DNA from: Myxococcota bacterium
Lineage (GTDB): Bacteria; Myxococcota_A; UBA9160; SZUA-336
Reading direction: 5' to 3'
NCBI GenBank assembly: GCA_965247115.1
Contig: CBDFGR010000003.1
Coordinates: 672,001 to 736,000 of the forward strand
DNA: 64,000 nt
Below are positions 17,739 to 27,668 of this stretch, one piece after another. The notes beneath the pieces were generated by a model, which worked only from the letters and a program-made list of their open reading frames with translations, was not told the DNA's origin and made no database searches. Every line of letters starts with the position of its first letter. The stretch's first letter is position 1. A program made the translations under genes and the position numbers.

Positions 17739-18174
17739 CAAGACCGCTGGCAGCACTGGCCGCATCGAGTCCGGCGTGCTCGTCGGGAAAAGAGAAAGTA
17801 GCTCGCCGTGCGAGGATCGTCACAGATCTCTCTCTCGTTGGAGTAGCCGAGGCACGGGGCCACTTCGGGGAGAGGGAGCGCTAGGGCAACCTCTCGAGCC
17901 GTCTAGGGCTTCGCTCCTTCCAGTGCGCCAGCTTTTCAGTGTGCGAACTGATCGCTACGGGCGCAAACAGGGCGAAACCGTCCCATTCGTAAGCCTGTGA
18001 TTTCCCTACCGTGGGACCACGGAGCGCAACGCAAACCAACGCCAGAATCTGTTTCGGGAGCAAGAAGTCGCCGGCGGAACCCGAGCGAACCGCGAGAGCA
18101 GGCGTTCTTCTAGCCTCCGCTCGAGCTGGAGCGGAAGATGAACGGGATCGCGGACTGACCGTCCGTCAAGCGAA

Positions 18175-18456
18175 CTAACGATCCACGTGTCCGAGGTGGC
18201 GGCCGGGCGCAACTCGATCGCGCACGAGCCGCTTGAGTTCTGTGATCTCGGGGAATCGCCCGGCATCCTTCCGCGAGAAGATCTTTTCGCCAGCGACCCG
18301 CACTTCGAACACGCCACCTTCGGCGTTGGGCACGAGCGTGACGCCCCCAAGCTCCTCCTCGAAGGTCGCGAGCAGCTCCTGCGCCATCCATGTAGAGCGC
18401 AGGAGCCACCGGCAGCGCCGGCAGTACTCGATCTCGACGCACGGACGATCGGCCAC
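18175..18456 (-). CDS. SelT/SelW/SelH (Rdx family) protein
   Basis: IEYCRRCRWLLRSTWMAQELLATF...GGVFEV...FPEITELKRLVRD. Confidence 0.92.
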   Translation of the reverse strand: MADRPCVEIEYCRRCRWLLRSTWMAQELLATFEEELGGVTLVPNAEGGVFEVRVAGEKIFSRKDAGRFPEITELKRLVRDRVAPGRHLGHVDR

Positions 18457-18607
18457 TGGGGAAGCCTCCTCCTGCGATTCCTCCCCCAGCGAGCCCCCAG
18501 CGGGATTTTAGGCTCGCGCGCGGGGGTCGCCTAGCTCTCGGATCCAAGGTTCACTCTACTGCGGAGCTCCCGCTCGAGGAAGCATCTTCTTCGAGAGGGA
18601 CCGCCAG

Positions 18608-19369
18608 TCAAGAGCCGGACTGCAGGTCTCGATGGCGCCTGTAGAGGCCGCAGCTGATCGCGATCTCTGCCGCCTCGGCAGCCAGGGCGCGCGAGACCGG
18701 TCCTGCCATGACCAGACGATCGATGCTCCCCTTCCGCGCGCCCGTGGCCGTCCGCAAGGCGGTGACACGGGCGGGGCCGTTCTGGTCGAGCCACTCGTAG
18801 AGTCCGGCTAGCTCGGGATGCTCGAGCGCTTGGTCGATGCGCGCGAACAGGGGCTCAAGCGCCCCGACCAACGCATCGGCGAGTGGGCCGACCGCGACAC
18901 TGCGGCCCCGCTTCTCGACCCATGCCGCGATCAGGGAGGGATGGCCGCCTGTGGCCCGAAACATAGGCTCGAACTCGTTTACCGGCAGCGACCCACCCCC
19001 GATGGTCCGCACCCAGGCGAGTGACTGGCGACGAGTAAGAGGCACGAGCGGGAAGCGCTGGACGGTCCTGCCCGCGATTCGACACGCGGGACCCTGGGCC
19101 TCGAGCGAGCGGTGGAGCTCGAGCGCTCCGACGAGAACGCACGGGCGCTGCCCCACCTCTTCGAGAGCCTCCAGGTCCAGCGCCTCGTCGTCGGGGAGCT
19201 CGAGTACTCCGACGCCTGGAGCGAGCTGCGCGGCCGCGGCTCGCGCAACGGTCGTCTTCCCGGTCCCGGGTCCGCCGAGAACGACGGGCAACCGTCCCCG
19301 ACGAACTGCTCCGACCAGCCTGCGAACGAGGCCAGGACGGGCAAGGACTGCCATTGCGTCTCCGCTCAT
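18608..19369 (-). CDS. Small P-loop NTPase (STAND-like, with C-terminal winged-helix-like region)
   Basis: Walker A GGPGTGKT; TGGHP (GxP) motif; Walker B degenerate. Confidence 0.55.
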   Translation of the reverse strand: MSGDAMAVLARPGLVRRLVGAVRRGRLPVVLGGPGTGKTTVARAAAAQLAPGVGVLELPDDEALDLEALEEVGQRPCVLVGALELHRSLEAQGPACRIAGRTVQRFPLVPLTRRQSLAWVRTIGGGSLPVNEFEPMFRATGGHPSLIAAWVEKRGRSVAVGPLADALVGALEPLFARIDQALEHPELAGLYEWLDQNGPARVTALRTATGARKGSIDRLVMAGPVSRALAAEAAEIAISCGLYRRHRDLQSGS

Positions 19370-19493
19370 TCCTGTCGATGGTTTGTCAGTAAGGATGTGT
19401 CGAGCGCGCTCGACTCCAGAGGGTCAACACCATCCTCACCGTGCCCGCGCTTCTGCCGTAGCATGGTGTCTGAAGAGGAGAGCAGACCAGGCC

Positions 19494-19703
19494 ATGATGA
19501 ATGAGTACACATTCAACAGGGAAGTGCGCAAGTTTCTCAAGCAGGTGGGTGTCACCTCCCAGCGGGAGATCGAGCGCGCCGTGCGCAGGGCGGCCGAGGC
19601 CGGCCAGCTCACGGGCAACGAAAAGTTGAAGGCAACAGCGCGCGTTCAAATCGAGGGCATCGGGCTGGACCACCTAGTCGAGGTCGACATCGCGCTCTCC
19701 TGA
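19494..19703 (+). CDS. DUF6494-like small conserved protein
   Basis: MNEYTFNREVRKFLKQVGVTSQREIERAV motif; GAGGAG upstream. Confidence 0.8.
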   Translation: MMNEYTFNREVRKFLKQVGVTSQREIERAVRRAAEAGQLTGNEKLKATARVQIEGIGLDHLVEVDIALS

Positions 19704-19736
19704 AACAACATCAAAGTCGAGCTGGAGGAGCCCACT

Positions 19737-20097
19737 TCACCGCGTGAAGCGAGGATAGAGGAGGGACCGGTCGGCGAACTTCGGAGGCCACACGATGCGC
19801 CGCGCGCCGCCCTGCCATTGCACGGTAAGTACCTCGTGCCCGACCTGGAGCCCGGTCGCCGGGTCGAGGCGGAAGTCTCCGTAGAGCGTCCGGCAATCGA
19901 GGCTCCGAGCGGCGGCCAATAGGGCCGCGTCTTCCACTGCCCCGGCGTCTCTGAGGCAGCGGGCGGCGAGAACGCCGGCGGCGTCCCACGGCACGCCACT
20001 CACGTCCCCAGAGGCGAAGAGCCTCTGCTCCGACGCGGCCGAAGCGCGCGAGCAGTCCGGAGAGTGGTGTAACCAACAGCGCTCGCAGCTCGCTCAC
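19737..20097 (-). pseudogene. Internally deleted branched-chain-amino-acid-type ABC substrate-binding protein
   Basis: N-terminal TPLSGLLARFG motif joined out of frame to the C-terminal TLYGDFRLDPATGLQVGHEVLTVQWQGG..IVWP motif; most of the protein is missing. Confidence 0.65.
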
Positions 20098-20367
20098 GGA
20101 GTCCAGCCCTCTCCTGCCGTTTGCGCGATTCTCGTCGAATCAATCGAAGAAGAATCCCGGCACCGGCGTATTTCGCCACAAGTGTGTCACGCTCCGGGGC
20201 ATTACGGTCCCATGGGAACGAGGCCCCCGGAGTCGTCGGAGGGATTGGCGGCGAGAAGCCGGCGATGAAGGCCCCCGAATCTCCTTCCTCCGCTGTGACC
20301 CCAGCGGTAGAGTGACTCCGGTCTCCGAACTCCAAACGAGGCCCCGTCAAAGCAAGGACGACTGGGA

Positions 20368-20679
20368 ATGGGAGTGTTCAGAAAGGTAGCCGAGACCAAG
20401 GACCTCGGGCCCGGGACTGCCAGGCTGGTCGAGATCGAGGGGAAGGAAATCGCTCTCTTCAACGTCGACGGGGAGTTCCACGCAATCGACAATACGTGTG
20501 CCCACATGGGCGGTCCGCTGGCCGAGGGGACGATCGAGAGCGATGTCGTCACGTGTCCTTGGCACGGCGCAACCTACAACATCAAAACGGGCGAGGTCCT
20601 GAGTCCTCCGGCTCCCCGCGGTGTAGCGAGCTACAATGTTCGAGTAGAGGGGTCGTATATCGAGATCGAGGTGCCTTAG
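20368..20679 (+). CDS. Rieske [2Fe-2S] ferredoxin
   Basis: CAH...CPWH motifs. Confidence 0.95.
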   Translation: MGVFRKVAETKDLGPGTARLVEIEGKEIALFNVDGEFHAIDNTCAHMGGPLAEGTIESDVVTCPWHGATYNIKTGEVLSPPAPRGVASYNVRVEGSYIEIEVP

Positions 20680-20824
20680 GCCGAAGCGCTGAGTAGTCAC
20701 CCGGGACTCGAGAGGGGGCTGAACCCACTGCCGGCGCGGCGGCCCGCGGGAGAGCTTCGGCGTGCGAGGCGACCGGGCGCCAGCCCCGGAGGAGAGATGA
20801 CCGCCAGGCGGCCTTGGATGCGGC

Positions 20825-21430
20825 GTGACGGCTGAGAAGCTGATTCAGAGCCACGCGACCCTATGGTACGACGCGACGCACCACTCGTTCCTCGATCAGG
20901 TCCGCGACGGGACGCTCGCCCCAGCCGCCTTCGCACGTTGGCTCTCCCAGGATTATCACTTCGGGGTGGCACTGACGCGCGCGGAAGCCCGCTTCCTAGC
21001 TGGCGCGCCGCGCGAAGACCTGGAGGTTCTCGCGAGCGGCGTTCAGGCGATGGTCGCGGAACTCGACTGGTTCGAGCGCAAGGCGGACGAGCGCCGGATC
21101 GATCTGGATAGGCCACTCCATCCGACCGCACGCGCCTACATCGACTACCTGCACACGCTCACCGAGGAGCCCTACTCGATTCAGCTTACGGCGCTCTGGG
21201 CGCTCGAGCGCGCGTACCTCGAGGCGTGGCGGACCGCGCTTCCAGCGGCGCCCGTCTTCCGGGAATTTGTCGAGCACTGGACGAGCGATGCGTTCGCGGC
21301 CTACGTGAGCGAACTCGAGGCCGCAACGAACCGAATCCTCGAGCCCGCCGGGGATGCCGAGCGCGAGGCCTTCCGCAGGGTCGCGCAGCACGAGCGGGCC
21401 TTCTGGCAGATGGCCTATGCGACCCTGTGA
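20825..21430 (+). CDS. tenA: TenA/THI-4 family protein (thiamine salvage)
   Basis: ATHHSFL..WLSQDYHF..LWALERAYLEAW..FVEHWTS..HERAFWQMA. Confidence 0.85.
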   Translation: MTAEKLIQSHATLWYDATHHSFLDQVRDGTLAPAAFARWLSQDYHFGVALTRAEARFLAGAPREDLEVLASGVQAMVAELDWFERKADERRIDLDRPLHPTARAYIDYLHTLTEEPYSIQLTALWALERAYLEAWRTALPAAPVFREFVEHWTSDAFAAYVSELEAATNRILEPAGDAEREAFRRVAQHERAFWQMAYATL

Positions 21431-21468
21431 TGCCTGATCCGGAGGGGCCTCATCCCAACGCCTGGGAG

Positions 21469-21744
21469 TTACTTGGTGCCCTGCTTGGTGGGCGGTGAAT
21501 GCTCATGATCCGTCTCAACGCGCAGGACCGCGAGGGACTTGAGAACCTGTTCCAGCATCGAGGGCTCGCCGCCTCCCATGCCTTCCTCTTCCGCCACCTC
21601 AAGCCCGATCGCGTCATACTTCCAGCGCTGAAGGATGTCGATCTTCTCCTCGCGGGTAAGCTGGGGATGCTCAACCACCGCTTCGGGACTCGAAAAAACG
21701 GCGGTTGGGTCGAGACGCGCTTTGTTTAGATCGATGTCTTGCAT
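21469..21744 (-). CDS. Conserved small hypothetical protein
   Basis: DPTAVFSSPEAVV...LTREEKIDILQRWKYDA...EEGM pattern. Confidence 0.7.
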   Translation of the reverse strand: MQDIDLNKARLDPTAVFSSPEAVVEHPQLTREEKIDILQRWKYDAIGLEVAEEEGMGGGEPSMLEQVLKSLAVLRVETDHEHSPPTKQGTK

Positions 21745-21919
21745 GCACCGGGACCGTTCTGACTTCTGAGCCTGCCCGTCTCTGGGAGAGTCTTCAAGCT
21801 TTGTGCCGGCGCCGTACCGCCATGGACGCGAGTCATGTTTGGAAGCGTTCTTTTGAGCCGGCGTACCCCTCGTGATTACCGCTGTCGTATAATCCGGCCC
21901 TTAGGTCAGGGGAGTCCGC

Positions 21920-23333
21920 ATGGCCAGTCCCAAGACCCGGGTCGAGAGCGACACCATGGGCCAGATCGAGGTGCCTGCCGACCGCTACTGGGGCGCGCAG
22001 ACGCAGCGCTCGCTCTCGCACTTCTCGATCGGCGAAGACCGCATGCCGGTCGAGATCGTGCACGCCTTCGGAGTGATCAAGAAGGCAGCGGCCCTGGCCA
22101 ATCGCGAGCTGGGCGTGCTCGACGAGGAGCGCGCCGGCGGGATCACGCAGGCTGCCGATGAGGTGATCGACGGCAAGCTCGACGATCATTTTCCGCTGCG
22201 CGTGTGGCAGACGGGCAGCGGAACCCAGACGAACATGAATGCCAACGTTCGCGAATCGCGGGATCGAGTTGGCCGGGGGAGTGCTCGGGAGCAAGGACCC
22301 CATCCACCCGAACGATCACGTCAATTGCTCACAGTCTTCCAACGACACGTTCCCGACGGCAATGTATATCGGCTCCGCCCGGATTCTTGTCGAGAAGCTG
22401 ATCCCCGCAGTGAACGAGCTGCGGGACGCGCTGGAGCGCAAACAGGAAGAGTTCGGCGACATCGTCAAGACCGGCCGGACCCATCTGCAGGACGCGGTGC
22501 CCCTCACGCTCGGCCAAGAGTTCTCCGGTTTCGTCTCACAGCTCGACGCGGATCTCGGGAGGCTCGACGGCGTACTGCCGGACTTGTACGAGCTGGCCAT
22601 CGGGGGCACCGCCGTGGGCACTGGCCTCAACGCCCCCGCGGGCTTCGCCGAGCGCTGCGCCGACCAGATCGCCGAGCTCACCGGCATGCCTTTCGCGTCG
22701 GCGCCGAACAAGTTCGCGGCGCTGGCGGCCCACGACTCGATCGTGATGGCGTCGGGCGCGCTGCGCGTGCTCGCGTGCTCGCTCATGAAGATCGCCAACG
22801 ACATCCGCTGGGCGGGCTCGGGTCCGCGCTGCGGCCTCGGCGAGCTGAGCCTGCCCGCGAACGAGCCCGGCTCCTCTATCATGCCTGGCAAGGTCAACCC
22901 CACCCAGTGCGAGGCGATGACGATGGTGGCCGTCCAGGTGATGGGCAACGACGCCGCGGTCGGCATCGCCGGCTCCCAGGGCAACTTCGAGCTCAACGTG
23001 TTCAAGCCGGTGATGGTCCACAATCTGATCCACTCTGCGCGAATCCTGGCGGACGCCTGCGTCACCTTCCGGCGCTTTCTGGTCGAGGGTCTGGAGGCGA
23101 ACCGCGACCGGATCGCGGAGGCCGTCGACCGCTCGCTCATGCTCGTCACCGCGCTCACGCCGAAGATCGGTTACGACAAGGCCGCGGAGGTCACACACAA
23201 GGCCCAGGCCGAGGGCATAACGCTCAAGGAGGCGTGTGTGAGCCTGGGCGTGCTGTCGGCCAAAGAGTTTGACGCCGCAGTGCAGCCGGCGAGGATGGCC
23301 TATCCGCATGGGAGAAGAAGGAGGCTAGGGTGA
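21920..23333 (+). CDS. fumC: Class II fumarate hydratase with an apparent frameshift at ~22247
   Basis: [30 protein letters not shown] in one frame; [28 protein letters not shown] in the next; about 5 nt missing from the expected N-E-V-I-A-N-R. Confidence 0.93.
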
Positions 23334-23450
23334 ACCGCTTCCTCGCGCTCCGGCCCGGATGACTTTTCGGTAACGCGTTAGAAGACGCCACCCTCGGTGC
23401 GCATTCTCGGTGAAGAGGCGGTAGGCCGACCGGCTGATACATTCCTTGCG

Positions 23451-23666
23451 ATGCGGACTTCGATCTCGCGGACCTTCGCCGGGGCGCTCCTCGCCGCTTA
23501 TCTCGGCTGCGACCTCGGCGAGTACGCGCGACCCGCGCCGAGCGGCGAGTGCCGAGAGATCGGCGCTCTATGCCAGCTCGAAAGCGGTCCGCTGGGCGTG
23601 TGTGAGAGCCGGCCCTGCCGGCCCGGCGAGACTCCGCTCTGCTTTACGTGCACGCCGCAGCACTGA
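23451..23666 (+). CDS. Small Cys-rich lipoprotein
   Basis: Lipobox YLGC; six further Cys in about 45 aa. Confidence 0.6.
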   Translation: MRTSISRTFAGALLAAYLGCDLGEYARPAPSGECREIGALCQLESGPLGVCESRPCRPGETPLCFTCTPQH

Positions 23667-23689
23667 TGCGCGCAACAGGAAGCCGACGC

Positions 23690-24130
23690 ACCGGGAATGG
23701 TCAGGACCCCGGGTCGGTTCAAGATCGGCTCCCGCTCAGCCTGATCCGGGCGTGGACGGCAACGTACGCGGGATCCGCCAGCGTGACGGCTTACGCGATA
23801 AATTGGCTCTACGGCAACTTCGCCGCGTTGGTCATCCCGGCTCGCTCTCCGGGATCACGGAGAGTGCCAAGCGATAGAGTTCGCGGAGGGACTTGTCAGG
23901 TCTGTGTGCTTCTGACAACCGAGCTCTTGAGACAGGTTCCCTCGCTGTGGGAGTCGGAGTGCACGGTCAGAAACGGCCGCTGACCGAACCTGTTGCACAC
24001 TAGGTTACGACGGCGCCTCGTCGCAGCTGCTTTACTCGCGCCCTCAAGACCCTGTAATATAGAGGAAAATCATCCTATGAGGGGTATCCGGGTCGGCCCG
24101 TCACACCTGCCGTCACCGACCCAACCCGGC
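23690..24130. ncRNA. Candidate structured non-coding RNA (unassigned family)
   Basis: No convincing ORF; many nested complementary pairs, e.g. TCTTGAG 23925-31/CTCAAGA 24043-49 enclosing ACAGGTTC 23932-39/GAACCTGT 23986-93 enclosing GGTCAG/CTGACC. Confidence 0.4.
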
Positions 24131-24138
24131 GTGGAGGG

Positions 24139-25025
24139 TCAGCCGCGGCGGCGGTAGTCCTCCAGCGCCCTGCCCGCCTCGGCCAGCCCTTTTCGCTGGG
24201 CGTGAGCGTAGATGCCAAGGGTCACCGAGGCGCTGGCGTGCCCGAGTTGTTTCTGAGCAACATGGATCGGAGCACCGCTCTGCACCAGGTCGCTGGCCAC
24301 TGTGTGTCGCAGCGCGTGGCTCGGTTTCTTGCCTCGTATCTCGGCCCGATCATAGACGGCCCTGAGCCGACTGTGAACGCGTTTCGTCCACGGCTTCCCC
24401 CGTCGAGTGTCCATCTGGCACACGCGGTCCTTCGGCCCCTTGAACCGGAGTTCGCTGCGGTATTGGTCCAGCCACCGCACGAGCTCCTGCGCGTACACCG
24501 TCCGCAGCGCGGCCTGTGTCTTCGGCTGCCACCATGGCTTAGCCGTGACCGAGATGCACCCCTCCGCGACGTCAACATCCGACCAGGTCAGGTTGAGCAC
24601 TTCGCCCAACCTCATCCCGGTCGCGTGGCAGATCTTCAGCACTACGAGCGCCGGCACATCGAACTGCGCCGCCTCGAACACGAGAGCCACCTGGTCCGGC
24701 GTCAGCGTCTCGTCCTTCCGAGGGGAGGCGGCAGCAAGAGCCGCTTTAGGGGAACCTGCGGGTGGGGGAGCTCGTTCACCCACGCCCAGTTGAGGCACGC
24801 CTTCAGTGACTTCATGTCACGGTTGGCGCTCAAGACCGACGTGTCGTCAGCCCGCTTGTCCCGGAACTTGATCAGATCCTGGCGCGTGATGTATCGCTCG
24901 CGCGCCTCTGGGACCACCTCGTACAGCTTGGCGATCGCTATGCAATAGGACTCGTGAGTCTTCGGTCGCCTCGTGCGGCGCACGTCTTCGAGCCACTCGG
25001 CCGCGATGTCCGCGAACGTCTCCAT
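24139..25025 (-). CDS. Tyrosine recombinase (~295 aa, core-binding + catalytic domains) with an apparent frameshift at ~24722
   Basis: N-part METFADIAAEWLED..SANRDMKSLKACLNWA; C-part TGMRLGE, PKT, SHALRH, LGH, TLGIY; frames join if one C is added to the CCTCCCCT run; GGAGG RBS. Confidence 0.9.
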
Positions 25026-25311
25026 CCCACAACCTCCTCGGCTTGGGACGGGAGGTTGCTTGAACTGCGCACTCCTGAAACGTACGTAACCCTCTGCTGC
25101 GCATCACAATCCAGTGCTTACAGTCCACTGCCGCCCGATTCGCTCGGTCGTCACCCGGCGGGAAGAAATCGAGAAATCGACCACGCCCGCCGGGCTCCGG
25201 CACATCTTGCACGTACAGGGTTAGGCAGGCCGGCGTCTCGACAGGATCTGGTTGACAGAGCGTGTCCCCCGTAGGCGTAATTGCACGAGCTTCGCAGCGA
25301 GTAAGGGACAG

Positions 25312-27591
25312 ATGTCCAAAGCCGCCAAACGAAACCCCGCTCTCGATCTGGTCGCATGCGCATTGCTTCTCGTTGCGGCTCCGAGCTCATGGGCCGACGA
25401 CCCTGAGCTAGAGCAGACGCCGCCGCCACAGGCGGCTGCGGCCGAGCTCACGGCCGCCGCGCTGGTGCCGACGGCCGCGGAGCGAGCCGTGATCGAGGAG
25501 ATCGTCGTCACCTCTCGGAAGCGGGAGGAAAACCTGCTCGAGATCCCGGAGTCGGTAACCGCTTTCTCCGAGGTCCAGATCGACCGGGCCAACATCAGCG
25601 GTCTCTCGGACATCTCATTGCTTGTCCCCAACCTCTATATGGGGAGGCGGACGGACGGGTTTCCCAACGTCTCGATCCGAGGCCTTGGGGCGTTCGGCAA
25701 TACCCAGGGAGTCGGCTTCTACCTGGACGACGTCCAGATCTTCGGAGATGCCTCTTCCCGGTTCGGTGACATCGCGCGAATCGAGGTGCTGAAGGGGCCG
25801 CAGGGCATCCTGTACGGCGGTGCCAATATCGGGGGCGCCATCAAATGGGTCTTGAACAGGCCCGACCCGGCAGAATTTTCGGGCCGCGTCAGGCTATCGG
25901 CCGGTGAAGACGACTACTACGACACAGAACTCGAGCTGAATGTTCCGCTGGGAGAAAGCTGGGCAGCGCGCCTCTTCTACTTCGGCGAGACCGACGATTC
26001 GTACCTGGAGAATCCCAACTCCGCACGCCTCAATGGTGAGCGCAACAACAACGATCGGAACGTAGGCGAGATCCATCGATACGGTGCGCGTGCAAGTATC
26101 GCGGGCGAGCTCACAGAGCGTCTCTCCCTCTATGCCAGTCTGCGCTACAACGAGTCCGATGGTCCCAACAACAACTGGAGCCGGGAGATCAACGGCAATC
26201 TGCGGTACACCGATGAGATCGACACCAGCCGCAATAATTCGCACGACCGGAAAACCTGGGGCTGGAGCGTGGAGCTCAACTATGACTTCGATGCCTTCAT
26301 GCTCACCTCTATTACGTCGAATACGGATACGGATTCGGAGAGACAGACCGACCTTGATCTCACCCAGGAGTATGTCTTTGATGCGTTTCGCGACCACCGG
26401 TTCGACGTGTTTACGCAGGAGCTGCGTCTGACGTCTTCGGGGTCAGGGCCGTTCCAATGGCAGCTTGGAGGGTACTATCAGGAACTCGAGCGGCACGGAC
26501 GTGGCGAATTGATCTTCTTCGGCGGTTTCGGATTGTTGTTCGAGGATCCACCCAGGATTCCCACGCCCGAGGAGGAGAAGCTGGTCTTCTTCACGGATCC
26601 CGGCGCCGGCGAAGGGGACCGCGAGAATGTCGCCGGCTTCGCGAACGGCAGCTATCGCTGGAACGTCCTGGAATTCTCAGCAGGCGTTCGCGTAGACACA
26701 TGGGAGGCCAAGTCGAAGGACCTTGACAGTGGCGTATCCGGCGATCAGAAGGACACGGAGACCCTGTTCCGAGGCTCCGTGTCGTGGTTCTTTGATGACG
26801 ACCGGTCGATGCTGTACGCACTCTATTCCCAGGGCTTTGAACCCGGCGACTTCAACGGGACTAGCCTCGAGGGCGAGCGTGACCTGTTCGGTTACGGGCG
26901 TGAAAAGGCGACGAACCACGAGCTCGGCTACAAGGGCCGCTTGTGGGACGACAGGCTGGTGCTGACCGGAGCCGTCTTCAGGATCGACTACAAGGACCGG
27001 CAGATCGAGCTCCAGGTAGATACGTCAGAGGGACCGGTCGAGGCGATCATCAATGCGGGCGATTCCAGGAACTGGGGATGGGAGGCGGAGCTGCAGGCGC
27101 TGCTCCATCCCGACTGGACCTTCTCCGCGGGATTCGGCTACCTGGATGCCGAATGGAAGAGTGGCACGCGCTCGCCGTTCACGGGTCGCAGTATGTCGGG
27201 ACGAACGCCGCTCAACGCCTCGGACTGGAGCGCCTTCTATGCGCTCGATTGGAACCACGAGTTTGACACCAACTTGAGGGGGTTCGGCCGCCTCCAGGTA
27301 CGGCAAAAGGGGCCCGCCACCACCAACGCGATCTTCTTCGATACCGAGGGCGACGACTTCCCCATCTGGGAGAACGATCGCTTCACGGTCGTTGACCTCA
27401 ATGTGGGTCTCGAATGGCAGAACTGGGAACTCGGCTTGAGGCTCGAGAACGTGTTCGATGAGGAGTACTACATCGACGTCCAGAAGTTCCCCAACTTTGC
27501 CGGGCCGTTGGTCACGCCGCAGAGCGCCATCATCATCGGCACCCTCGAGCAGCCACGCCGCCTCATGGGCTGGGTGCAGTACCGGTTCTAA
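25312..27591 (+). CDS. TonB-dependent outer membrane receptor
   Basis: TonB box IEEIVVTSRKREE, plug RIEVLKGPQGILYG, C-terminal ENVFDEEY...QYRF. Confidence 0.95.
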   Translation: MSKAAKRNPALDLVACALLLVAAPSSWADDPELEQTPPPQAAAAELTAAALVPTAAERAVIEEIVVTSRKREENLLEIPESVTAFSEVQIDRANISGLSDISLLVPNLYMGRRTDGFPNVSIRGLGAFGNTQGVGFYLDDVQIFGDASSRFGDIARIEVLKGPQGILYGGANIGGAIKWVLNRPDPAEFSGRVRLSAGEDDYYDTELELNVPLGESWAARLFYFGETDDSYLENPNSARLNGERNNNDRNVGEIHRYGARASIAGELTERLSLYASLRYNESDGPNNNWSREINGNLRYTDEIDTSRNNSHDRKTWGWSVELNYDFDAFMLTSITSNTDTDSERQTDLDLTQEYVFDAFRDHRFDVFTQELRLTSSGSGPFQWQLGGYYQELERHGRGELIFFGGFGLLFEDPPRIPTPEEEKLVFFTDPGAGEGDRENVAGFANGSYRWNVLEFSAGVRVDTWEAKSKDLDSGVSGDQKDTETLFRGSVSWFFDDDRSMLYALYSQGFEPGDFNGTSLEGERDLFGYGREKATNHELGYKGRLWDDRLVLTGAVFRIDYKDRQIELQVDTSEGPVEAIINAGDSRNWGWEAELQALLHPDWTFSAGFGYLDAEWKSGTRSPFTGRSMSGRTPLNASDWSAFYALDWNHEFDTNLRGFGRLQVRQKGPATTNAIFFDTEGDDFPIWENDRFTVVDLNVGLEWQNWELGLRLENVFDEEYYIDVQKFPNFAGPLVTPQSAIIIGTLEQPRRLMGWVQYRF

Positions 27592-27668
27592 CGAGCGACC
27601 TTCAACCGCCTCCCGAGCTCACGAGACTCGCTCTGTAGACGCCACCGTTCTATGATGCTCATGAGCTC

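Noticed and set aside
18175..18456. Selenoprotein
   Set aside because: Motif is CxxC with no in-frame TGA
20100..20825. TPP riboswitch near tenA
   Set aside because: No CTGAGA...ACCTGA signature found; only generic GC hairpins
23690..24130. tmRNA, RNase P, SRP, 6S or group II intron identity for the structured tract
   Set aside because: I could not find tRNA-like ends or a tag ORF, GAGGAAAGTCC, the SRP loop or a domain V; a CTTGAACC on the minus strand is too little to call 6S
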